The notes under the pieces: model-generated
Seen by the model: the letters and a program-made list of their open reading frames with translations, nothing else
The model's database searches: none
What the model was told of the DNA's origin: nothing
Position numbers and translations under genes: made by a program
In this document: positions 30,249-38,959 of the stretch, piece by piece
How the letters are laid out: each line of letters begins with the position of its first letter
Position numbering within the stretch: the first letter of the stretch is position 1
Assembly (NCBI GenBank): GCA_039698055.1
Contig: JBDKTL010000043.1
Coordinates: 31,606-95,605 of the forward strand
Origin: Methanoregula sp.
GTDB taxonomy: Archaea > Halobacteriota > Methanomicrobia > Methanomicrobiales > Methanospirillaceae
Direction of reading: 5' to 3'
DNA: 64,000 nucleotides

Positions 30249-30806
30249 ATGAACGAACGACCGCATGATTTCTCCGCGCTCTTCAGGACGGAGGAACGCA
30301 TAACCCTCCTCCGTGCTGCTCTCACCATGCCAAAATGTACGGTGCGGCAGATAGCATCAAAGACCGGGTTGTCAAAAGGACTTGTCTCCCCGTACCTCGC
30401 CCTGCTCGAACGCGAAGGGCTGCTTGAGAAGGACGAACGAATATACAAACTGAAGTTTTCCCCGCTGGCTGTAGCCGTGAAACGTCTCCTGAATATCGAT
30501 CTCGTCACTGCCGTTTTCAAAAAACCGGCATGGGCGTCCGGCATCGGAATGTACGGGAGCTGGGCTGGTGGGACGAACACAGAGGAGAGCGATATCGATC
30601 TCTGGGTGTATTGTGAAAACCTGCCGCCGGGAATTCTGGTCGCAGAGCTTGAGCGGGAGATATCGCGTGCACTTTCTGCGGAAGTCCATGTTCTTATCCT
30701 CACTGAAGAGAAGATTACCAGGTTGAAAGGATCTGATGAACCGTTTTACCGGTCGTTTGTGAAACAATCGATCACGTTCGAAGGTGATTTCCCTGACACG
30801 GCTTGA
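30249..30806 (+). CDS. HTH + minimal nucleotidyltransferase (MNT) antitoxin
   Basis: N-terminal wHTH (VRQIASKTGLSKGLVS); GSWAGGTNTEESDIDL = GS-x10-DxD. Confidence 0.88.
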   Translation: MNERPHDFSALFRTEERITLLRAALTMPKCTVRQIASKTGLSKGLVSPYLALLEREGLLEKDERIYKLKFSPLAVAVKRLLNIDLVTAVFKKPAWASGIGMYGSWAGGTNTEESDIDLWVYCENLPPGILVAELEREISRALSAEVHVLILTEEKITRLKGSDEPFYRSFVKQSITFEGDFPDTA

Positions 30807-31227
30807 TGAGTGTTACGAACGCGGGCTTCTGCGAAAGGTTCCGGGATCAAACGATAAAGCGATGCAGTCACTTGCACAAGCGCGGGAGTGGGTGACCGAG
30901 GCCGGATATGATTGCGATGCAGGATCGCTCCGGTCTGCACTCATGGCGGCATACAGGGGATATTTTCATGCAGCCCGTGCTGTTTTAATTCGCGACGGGG
31001 TAAGGGAAAAAAGTCATTATTGCATCGGCGTATATATCGAATCATATCGCGAAAAGGGATTGCTGGAAGACGAATGGGTCTTACAATTCGATCATATGCG
31101 GGGACTGCGACAGGATGATCAGTACAGCCTGGACGCTCGCCCGACGGTTGAAGAAGTCCGACAGGCTTTGGGGGATGCCGGAAACTTCATCGAACGGATG
31201 GAGCGTCTGGTGAAGACTCCGCGATAA
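30784..31227 (+). CDS. HEPN domain protein (toxin partner)
   Basis: AYRGYFHAARA, EKSH, RQDDQY (Rx4Y); overlaps the MNT gene. Confidence 0.85.
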   Translation: MISLTRLDECYERGLLRKVPGSNDKAMQSLAQAREWVTEAGYDCDAGSLRSALMAAYRGYFHAARAVLIRDGVREKSHYCIGVYIESYREKGLLEDEWVLQFDHMRGLRQDDQYSLDARPTVEEVRQALGDAGNFIERMERLVKTPR

Positions 31228-31409
31228 TTTTTTTGCAACCTCAAACCGCCCCGACCAGCCCAAAGTTTCCACGCGATCATGCCCTGCGACTGATACATCT
31301 GAAGACGGGAACCCGTCCGATCACACCGTCAGAGGTTGGCTGATGCCCCTGATCGGCACAGAATATATTATTGCGGACAGGAAAGGATTACATGGAACAG
31401 TGAGATAGT

Positions 31410-31982
31410 ATGGAATTCAAAGGAAGCATAACCGAGAAAAATCTTCTCGCTGCATTTGCCGGCGAGTCGCAGGCACGGAACCGGTATACCTTTTTTGCAA
31501 GCGCGGCAAAAAAAGAAGGCTACGAACAGATAGCAGCACTCTTTTTACAGACGGCTGAAGAGGAAAAAGAGCATGGAAAACTCTTTTTCAAACAGCTCAA
31601 AGGCGGCGAAGCCACGATCACCGCATCCTACCCTGCCGGTATGATCGGGACAACAAAGGAGAACCTTGCCGCTGCCGCAGCTGGCGAGAAACTGGAATGG
31701 GGCACGCTCTACCCGGGCTTTGCCGCGACCGCGAAAAAGGAGGGATTCAGGGAGATCGCGAAGCTCTTTGAATTGGTTGCAACGGTCGAAGCCCACCATG
31801 AAGCCCGGTACAGAAAACTCCATGCTAACATGGTGAAGGGAACGGTCTTCAAATCCGGGACGTCCGCGAAATGGTACTGCCGGAACTGCGGCTATGTCCA
31901 TGAGGGGAAAACCGCACCGGCCACATGCCCGGTCTGCGATCACCCGCTGGCATATTTCGAGATCGCGCCAGAGAATTACTGA
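31410..31982 (+). CDS. rbr: Rubrerythrin
   Basis: [20 protein letters not shown] diiron motifs; C-terminal CRNC...CPVC rubredoxin site. Confidence 0.95.
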   Translation: MEFKGSITEKNLLAAFAGESQARNRYTFFASAAKKEGYEQIAALFLQTAEEEKEHGKLFFKQLKGGEATITASYPAGMIGTTKENLAAAAAGEKLEWGTLYPGFAATAKKEGFREIAKLFELVATVEAHHEARYRKLHANMVKGTVFKSGTSAKWYCRNCGYVHEGKTAPATCPVCDHPLAYFEIAPENY

Positions 31983-31995
31983 TATTTTTTTTTTA

Positions 31996-33337
31996 GGGGC
32001 TGTACCAGATTAGAGTTTTATATCCCCCCACCGCCTCAACGTTCCCGGGTTGTTGCATGGGTGTTCCGTAATTAAACATGAACTCACACTTCGACGAGCC
32101 ACCGGGTGTAGCTCATCCGCCCCGGCCGTTAACAATCCGCTAAAATATCCCAGATGCCTCACATCACCGCGCCATCAGCGCGAACACACCCCATCCAAGG
32201 TATTCACGCGTGTACGCGGCGTAGCGTTTTGGTTCCAACGTCAGGCTGGCCCTGACTTCTTTCGCGAAGTCGTCACCGGGATTCGCTTCGAGCCACCGGC
32301 GCATGGTGAGCCACTTGGCCGCTTCGTACCTGTCCCAGCCACCATGGTCAGCCAGAACCATTTCCACAACATCGTAGTTGAGGTCGCAAAAAGATGCAAG
32401 AAGTTCCGGGAGCATGAGAAAGTCGGAGACAGAACTGGCACCGCATCCCCTGGCAACGTCTTCGGTCGGTGGTAACTGCCGCCAGTAGGGCTCGCCGATG
32501 AGGATGATTCCTCCGGAGCAAAGACTCTTCGCCAGAAGCCCGATGGTGCCGGCGACTCCCCCACCGATCCACGTGGCACCGAGACAGGCTGCCACACCGA
32601 CCTTTTCTTCGGTGACGTAGCCGGCAGCGTCGCCGTGAATGAACTCGACCCGATCGGCGACTCCGAGTTCTTCAGCCCGGAGTTTCGCCTGCCCGGTGAA
32701 CAACTGGCTCATGTCGATGCCGACACCGGTGATCCCGTAATCGCGTGCCCAGGTGCACAGCATCTCGCCCGAACCGCTGCCAAGGTCGAGCACGCGAGTC
32801 CCCGGTTCCAGGCGCAACGCTGCGCCGAGAGTGGCGAGATTTTCTGGTGTGAACGGGTTATGGATGCGGTGACAACTTTCGGTAATATTGAAGATACGTG
32901 GGATGTCCAATGCACAACCTCCTTTTACTAAGTTGTGAAATAACCGGAATAAACCCTTTGTGACTGTAGCAGATTAGGGTTTTAAATATCACACCACAGC
33001 CTAAAACGTTCCCGAGTTGTTGCTTTGGTGTTCCATAAACCTGAACTCACACTCTTTTTAAAAAAACAGTGGGGAAGAATCCGTGTGGATTCCATTATAT
33101 TTCCTCAAGCACTTTTGGACCGCGTAAACAACCGGTATACCATGAGCGCAAAGATTCCCTGGGACAAGTCGAGGATGGATTGGAAACCGGTGAACATGAC
33201 CGTCACGTTCAATAGCGACGGGAAGTTCACCGCCCGCACAAAATATTCAAGCAGCTAAGTTGAGAATTTTTCTTTAATTTACCATTGTTTAGCTTCATTT
33301 TCATAGATTGGCACAATGGCTAATCTAAAACAGCCCC
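31996..33337 (-). mobile_element. IS1595-family (IS1016-like) non-autonomous relic enclosing a passenger methyltransferase
   Basis: Inverted ends GGGGCTGTACCAGATTAG (31996-32013) and CTAATCTAAAACAGCCCC (33320-33337); a second copy of the 31996 end at ~32961-33055; decayed transposase fragments on the minus strand (MKLNNGKLKK, LRKYNGI, ECEFRF, GTPKQQL). Confidence 0.75.
32164..32910 (-). CDS. Class I SAM-dependent methyltransferase, YjhP-like (bacterial type)
   Basis: MDIPRIFNITES..RIHNPFTPE, VLDLGSGSG motif I, ILIGEPYW, REYLGWGVFALM. Confidence 0.88.
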   Translation of the reverse strand: MDIPRIFNITESCHRIHNPFTPENLATLGAALRLEPGTRVLDLGSGSGEMLCTWARDYGITGVGIDMSQLFTGQAKLRAEELGVADRVEFIHGDAAGYVTEEKVGVAACLGATWIGGGVAGTIGLLAKSLCSGGIILIGEPYWRQLPPTEDVARGCGASSVSDFLMLPELLASFCDLNYDVVEMVLADHGGWDRYEAAKWLTMRRWLEANPGDDFAKEVRASLTLEPKRYAAYTREYLGWGVFALMAR

Positions 33338-33385
33338 TAAAAAAATGATGAAGACCGGATCTTTTCATTACGGGAATCCGTAACG

Positions 33386-34054
33386 TCACTGGATCCAGCC
33401 CAGCCGGACCCAGCGTTCGTACTCTTCGGTGCGGAAGTCCCGGTTCCCGATCACGATATCCTTGAAAAATTCCCGGTTGCCGGCAATCTCTTCTTCCTGT
33501 TCTGGAGCGGAAAAGCCGGTCATGACCGCCCCGGCAAGTTTCTTCCCGAGCGCCCGTGCGGAACCCTCAGCAGCATCAACCGCTGCCGGGTTCCCGCCCG
33601 TTGCAACACCGAGCCCACCCACCGCGATCACGCCAAGATAATTCAGGACATGGTTCTGGTACGCCACAATCTCATCCCCACCGGACGTATGCGTGGTCGC
33701 AACCGAGCAGCCGAACTTCCCGGCAAGCATCTGGTAATGGATCGCGTCTGCGAGCCGGTCAAAGAACACTTTCATCTGGCCGGTGATGTTGTCGATGTAG
33801 ACCGGTGAACCAAAAACGATCGCGTCTGCTTCCTGCATCCGGGCAACAAGTTCCGGGACATCGTCATCAAACACGCAGATCCCGGAAAACGAACATCCTT
33901 CGCACGCGGTACAGGGGGTGACCCGGTAATCGGCAAGGTCGATCATTTCTGTCTCTGCACCGGCATCTGCGGCTCCTTCGAGCACGAGCCCGGCCAGTTT
34001 GCGCGTGGTGCTCTGGAGGGTCCGGGGGCTCCCGTGGATGGCGATAATTTTCAT
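33386..34054 (-). CDS. Iron-sulfur flavoprotein / flavodoxin family
   Basis: GSPR, CTACEGCSFSGIC, GSPVY, MKVFFDR. Confidence 0.9.
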   Translation of the reverse strand: MKIIAIHGSPRTLQSTTRKLAGLVLEGAADAGAETEMIDLADYRVTPCTACEGCSFSGICVFDDDVPELVARMQEADAIVFGSPVYIDNITGQMKVFFDRLADAIHYQMLAGKFGCSVATTHTSGGDEIVAYQNHVLNYLGVIAVGGLGVATGGNPAAVDAAEGSARALGKKLAGAVMTGFSAPEQEEEIAGNREFFKDIVIGNRDFRTEEYERWVRLGWIQ

Positions 34055-34323
34055 ATTTTTGCTCCTGTAATGAGAAGTTTAGGTCGCGGGGGTTATTATG
34101 GTGCGGGGAAGTACGGTCAGGAATGCCACGACCCGGGGGAATGGAAAGGCAGTCGTGAGCCCGTATACCGATTGTCGTCACTACACTAATCACATGGGCC
34201 CCACAATGCAAGCGGGACACGTGCCACAGGAGTGCCTGAACAGAATACGAAAACCAGCGAACGCCTTTTTTCCCGCAGGAATTCCCGGTAGTTTAAAAAA
34301 AGAATTATTATTCCATGAAAAAA

Positions 34324-35178
34324 TCAGGTTTCCAGCGGGGACTCATCCATCCCAAGGAACGTGAGCGCGTTCTCCCCGTACTCTACGGGTGCATAGTGAG
34401 ACCCGACATGCGGGAGTCCTTTAAACCGAACAAGCCACGAGCCATTGATCTGACCTGCCATCCGGACTGAAACCGGATCGGGCGTCAGGACATCTGCGGT
34501 ACCCACAACGAGCATGACATCCTTATGGATACCGGAAAGACCGTCCCACGATCCGTTCCACGCGAGATTTGCCTGTGCCTCTTCGCGGGTGCCCCTTGGT
34601 TGGGCAGGGTCGCCGGCAACCGATTCAATGGCATCGAGCAGGTTTGTTGTCTCAGGAAGCCGGATGCTGTACGTATTGGAATCCAGGACCAGCTTTCGTA
34701 CACGTTCAGGATGGTCGATGACCAGCTGCTGGGAGATTGAGGAGCCCATGGAAACCCCGTACACGTTCATGCTGTCATAGCCAAGAACGGTCATCAGTCC
34801 GGCCGCATCGTCAGCATATCGGGGAATTGTCGGTGTCGCATTATCGTCACTGCTGTATCCCATTCCCCGGTTATCATAGATGTAGACATGGTATTTCGAG
34901 GCAAGGATACCAATGAAGGTCTGGTTCCAGTCATTCATCGTCGCGCCAAATCCCGGTACCATCAGGAGCGGTTCACCGGACCCGAACTCACGGTATCCCA
35001 GAGAAAACCCGTTGACCTGTGCATACTGGACGGGGGTTGTGTTGAACGAAACGGTCGGGTATTGTCCGGCTGCCGTACCTGCAGACGGGCTGGTACCTGA
35101 GGTACCCGTGCACCCTGCTGCAGCGATGAGACAGATGGTAATGGCGATAATCAGGGTTAATTGCGGTGTGGTTTTCAT
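34324..35178 (-). CDS. Alpha/beta hydrolase, predicted lipoprotein
   Basis: AAGC lipobox-like motif, DNRGMGYS, GVSMG nucleophile elbow, GTADVLTP, C-terminal His. Confidence 0.88.
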   Translation of the reverse strand: MKTTPQLTLIIAITICLIAAAGCTGTSGTSPSAGTAAGQYPTVSFNTTPVQYAQVNGFSLGYREFGSGEPLLMVPGFGATMNDWNQTFIGILASKYHVYIYDNRGMGYSSDDNATPTIPRYADDAAGLMTVLGYDSMNVYGVSMGSSISQQLVIDHPERVRKLVLDSNTYSIRLPETTNLLDAIESVAGDPAQPRGTREEAQANLAWNGSWDGLSGIHKDVMLVVGTADVLTPDPVSVRMAGQINGSWLVRFKGLPHVGSHYAPVEYGENALTFLGMDESPLET

Positions 35179-35322
35179 GGCTCATCCTCTTAATTTTGGT
35201 GGATTAGGTGATTGGATGAGACCCGGGATTTCGGGTCCGCAACCCTCATCATATTGTACCAATCCTCATACAATATTACCGTGCAACAAAAATAAATCCG
35301 GGGGCTTAACCTCTCCCACCGT

Positions 35323-36783
35323 TTAATCGTGAAGAACCATGGATCGGACCTGATCGGCTGCATTCGCAGAGGTAAGGACGAGAAGACTGTCTCCGGTCTC
35401 AAGTACGGTGCCTCCGCAGGGAACAAACTGGTCGTTTCCTTTCGCGATGAGAATGATCAGCGTTCCTGCGGGCAACCCGAGATCGACAACCCGCTTTCCG
35501 GTCACCGGGGAATCCGGAGGTACCACAAGTTCAACCAGTTCACTTTTAGTATTCTCCGGCGATTCAAATTCCATACTAAACCGGGAGCGGCCCGGGAGTG
35601 GGGCTGCCACGCCAAGAATACGGGCAACAAAGGGAATTGAAGTACCGTGAAGCAGTGCGGACATAATCACGATAAAAAAGACAAGGTTGAAGATCATATG
35701 GGCCTGCGGCACGCCGGCAAGGAGCGGGAAGGTTGCAAGAACAATGGGAGCTGCACCCCGCAGTCCCACCCATGACACCATGACCTTCTCGTTGCGTTCC
35801 ATTTTCCAGGGAAGAAGTGACAGGTACACGGCAATTGGCCGGGCAATAAAGATCAGGATAAGGGAGAGGATCATGCCCGGTACGAGCACCGGCAGGAGCT
35901 GTGACGGGAAGACAAGGAGCCCGAGGGTAAGGAACAGGACAATCTGCATCAGCCAGGCAATCCCCTCGTGAAACCGTTTCAGGCTCCGGTTATGGATAAA
36001 CGTGCTGTTCCCGAGAACCAGCCCGGAAATATATGCCGCGAGAAATCCATTCCCTCCCGCGAGAACGGTAACGCCATAGATAAGCAACACCATAACAAGC
36101 GTCAGGACCGGGTAGAGCCCTTCGTGCTCCAGTTTAAGAGCGTTAATCAGGTAGACGGTAAGTTTTCCAAAGCCGTACCCGAGAAGACCGCCGATTGCCA
36201 TCTGTTGTACAAAAAGCGGTACGAGCATGAATATCGAAAAACCGGGGTTGAGGAGCAGCGCGATCGCCCCGATCGTTAGAAACACCGCCATGGGATCGTT
36301 GCTGGCAGATTCAAATTCAATAAGTGAGGTCAGGTTGCCTTTCAGGCCTGCCCGTCGTGAACGCAGGGTGGAAAATACAGCAGCCGCATCCGTTGACGAG
36401 ACAACTGCACCTAAGAGAAATCCTTCAAGGGGAGAAAAGCCGAGGAAGATGACCGCGGAAATGCTGATGCAGATCGCAGTCAGGAGTACTCCCACGGTGG
36501 AAAGGCTGATGCCTTTGGCAAAGATTGGCCGGACCTGTGACCACCGGGTGCCCAGTCCCCCTGAAAAAAGGATAAAGGAAAGTGCAACGACACCGATGGA
36601 CTGGGCGATCAGGGGATCGTCAAAATAGATCCCGCCGGGACCTTCAGAGCCGGCAAGCATGCCAACCAGGATGAATATCAGGAGCGCAGGAACCCCAAGC
36701 CGTCCTGAAAATTTATTGGCAATGATGCTTACCAGGACAAGCACCGCAGCGGCAACGAGAATATATTCAATTGCAGGTATCAT
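35323..36783 (-). CDS. K+/H+ antiporter NhaP2/CvrA-type with TrkA-C domain
   Basis: SSTDAAAVF, FESASNDPMA, WVGLRGAAPIVLA; C-terminal RCK-C. Confidence 0.92.
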   Translation of the reverse strand: MIPAIEYILVAAAVLVLVSIIANKFSGRLGVPALLIFILVGMLAGSEGPGGIYFDDPLIAQSIGVVALSFILFSGGLGTRWSQVRPIFAKGISLSTVGVLLTAICISISAVIFLGFSPLEGFLLGAVVSSTDAAAVFSTLRSRRAGLKGNLTSLIEFESASNDPMAVFLTIGAIALLLNPGFSIFMLVPLFVQQMAIGGLLGYGFGKLTVYLINALKLEHEGLYPVLTLVMVLLIYGVTVLAGGNGFLAAYISGLVLGNSTFIHNRSLKRFHEGIAWLMQIVLFLTLGLLVFPSQLLPVLVPGMILSLILIFIARPIAVYLSLLPWKMERNEKVMVSWVGLRGAAPIVLATFPLLAGVPQAHMIFNLVFFIVIMSALLHGTSIPFVARILGVAAPLPGRSRFSMEFESPENTKSELVELVVPPDSPVTGKRVVDLGLPAGTLIILIAKGNDQFVPCGGTVLETGDSLLVLTSANAADQVRSMVLHD

Positions 36784-37065
36784 CGGATTTTATCTCCCGG
36801 TGATGAAGGGGGGGCAGGGTTCAGGGACATGCGAAAGATGGCATAGCGGGTTCTCATCAAAGACAAAAGAACATACGGGTTTATGATGGATATCCAGATA
36901 AATATTAGTTTTTCCTGTTCGGGAGCGATCGCATGCGGTGCATGACGGGCAACGAACCAGACCGGTTTCCAATTCTTTTTTTTAGAGGAACCCCTCCATG
37001 AAAAAAGTGATACTGGCAACATAGTTCAGGATTATGAGCATTCCGGGGATTTTCCCCCTGTCGGT

Positions 37066-38181
37066 CTAGCAGAAATCCTCAGTAATATACACCTTGTCGT
37101 CCGTGGAGATGGCAACACCGATGCCTTCCCGGTCGTAGGTTGATGTCAGGATATTTTTCCGGTGGCCGGGGCTGTTCATCCAGCCATCAACGGTTGACTG
37201 CGCGATCTCATCGGGGCTTGTCCAGGCATACGTGAGCACGCCGTTGGTGCTGGTGACTGAATCATAGAGATTGTTCTGGAAGATATTTTCTGCGATACCG
37301 TACGTGTAATACGAACCATAATCTTTGCGGCACGTATACCCTGCGGCATTGCCCCGGTCCGTCGGCGTCTGTCCGTTCAGGTTCTCGTGGGAGAAATAGT
37401 TGTTCCCCGCCATGTCGGCACTGTGGCTGCGTGCGAGACTGGCAAGTGCGGAATCCGTGTTCAGTGCAGTAAGCCCTTGTGCGGTTCGTTCTTCATTGAT
37501 CAGATCGTGGACCCGCGATGCCAGCCCGGTCGTTGAAACCGTGTACGGATTTCCCGGAGCAGGACCGGGCGGCAGGGTAAAGGGAGGGGTTGGAGTTTTT
37601 GTGGCTGACATGATTTTTGCAGGCGCTGGTGTCGGCACATGTGTCGGGGCAGGTGCCGGCAGGGTTGTGGGTACCGGCGTTGCCACCGGTGCCATAAGGA
37701 TTGCTGGTTGTCCGGTTCCCAAGCCGGAACTGTTGCCGGCAGACGATTCCGGTAGCGCCGGTTCCAGAACGAGATCGTTTGCAGGTGCAGGGATCGTGCT
37801 GACCGTTTCCGGGGTACCGCTGGATTTTACCGGTGTTTTCTCAGCGCCGGGAAAATAGCCGGTCAGGCCCAGGTACAGCAGGAGAAGGATGATGATCACA
37901 ATAATTGCAATCGCGATCTTCAGGTAGGGGATACCGGCACCCCACGGCTTTTTGGGTTTTCTACCGGTGCGTTCCGGTGCATAGCCGCCCATGGTGGGAA
38001 CCGCTCCCCCGCCATGGCCGTACCGGATGCCGACGCCCGGCACCGGTTTCTTTTTCCAGATTTCAATGCCGGCACAATTATGGTTGGGCGGCAGCCGGTG
38101 CTCGTCGCAGAAGTTGCCGCCGCAGTACTGGCAGTGGAACGGCATGGTGGTGGGTTTGCCGCAAAAGTCACAGATTGGCAT
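37066..38181 (-). CDS. AN1-type zinc finger + TM + Pro/Thr linker + CAP (SCP) domain protein
   Basis: CDFC..PFHCQYCGGNFCDEHRLPPNHNC; INEER..HSADMA..FSH..AENI..WMNSPGHRKNIL. Confidence 0.88.
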   Translation of the reverse strand: MPICDFCGKPTTMPFHCQYCGGNFCDEHRLPPNHNCAGIEIWKKKPVPGVGIRYGHGGGAVPTMGGYAPERTGRKPKKPWGAGIPYLKIAIAIIVIIILLLLYLGLTGYFPGAEKTPVKSSGTPETVSTIPAPANDLVLEPALPESSAGNSSGLGTGQPAILMAPVATPVPTTLPAPAPTHVPTPAPAKIMSATKTPTPPFTLPPGPAPGNPYTVSTTGLASRVHDLINEERTAQGLTALNTDSALASLARSHSADMAGNNYFSHENLNGQTPTDRGNAAGYTCRKDYGSYYTYGIAENIFQNNLYDSVTSTNGVLTYAWTSPDEIAQSTVDGWMNSPGHRKNILTSTYDREGIGVAISTDDKVYITEDFC

Positions 38182-38510
38182 TTCTCTATTTCACTCTTTT
38201 TTTCCCTACGTTTAAGAGCTGCGGCAGGGACCGGGAGGCTGGTCAAAAATCATGGCCGGATTGGCATTGAATAATACACAGTTGAAAAGTAACCGGTTGG
38301 CGGTGGAATATGTACATGATGACAACCGGGAGATGCCCCGCAGGTGTTCCAGAACCCTGATGTAAGATTTGCCCGGCGGCGGGTCCGGAGATCATCGTTT
38401 TTTTCTGATCGGGGGCGTGAAGATTACATGCGCAACACCGTATCGTTCTGTCGGCCATCCCGCTCCCCCGACCACAAACCTCTTATGATCAGGGTCTCCA
38501 GTATTTTTTT

Positions 38511-38909
38511 ATGAACCGCACGAGGAACAGAAAATTTTTTCCTGTGAGTATTTTTGTTGTTGTTTTAGTTACGGCACTGGCGTCGTGCATCCCCGTGAGC
38601 GCGGCATCTCCTGCCAACAACGACCAGATCCCGGGTCTGACCGAAGCCCCGGTCCATAACGTCACCAATGCGTCCTTTACAAATACAACGATACTCTCCC
38701 AATACCCCGTAACCCCGGCACCGGTCAAAATCGGGGTCGAATATGAAGAGACAATCCCCGGGGTAAAAGGAGAGATGGGTGTCAGCCCAAGGACGATTGG
38801 ATTTTCCCTTTCTCCCGTAGCGCTCATTGTCGTGCTGGCCGCAGTGGTTGTCGTGGTGGCGGGCATCAGCTGGTTCGTGTGGCAGAAGCGTACCAAAAAA
38901 GACAAATAA
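38511..38909 (+). CDS. Small exported membrane-anchored hypothetical protein
   Basis: Signal peptide, NxS/T sequons, C-terminal TM + basic tail. Confidence 0.65.
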   Translation: MNRTRNRKFFPVSIFVVVLVTALASCIPVSAASPANNDQIPGLTEAPVHNVTNASFTNTTILSQYPVTPAPVKIGVEYEETIPGVKGEMGVSPRTIGFSLSPVALIVVLAAVVVVVAGISWFVWQKRTKKDK

Positions 38910-38959
38910 CCAATAATCATCCCCGACATTTTGAATCAGGATAACGGAATGCAGGTCCC

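Noticed and set aside
31988-33345. Target-site duplication around the IS1016-like relic
   Set aside because: The flanks are TTTTTTTA and TAAAAAAA, which are inverted rather than direct repeats, so no TSD can be claimed.
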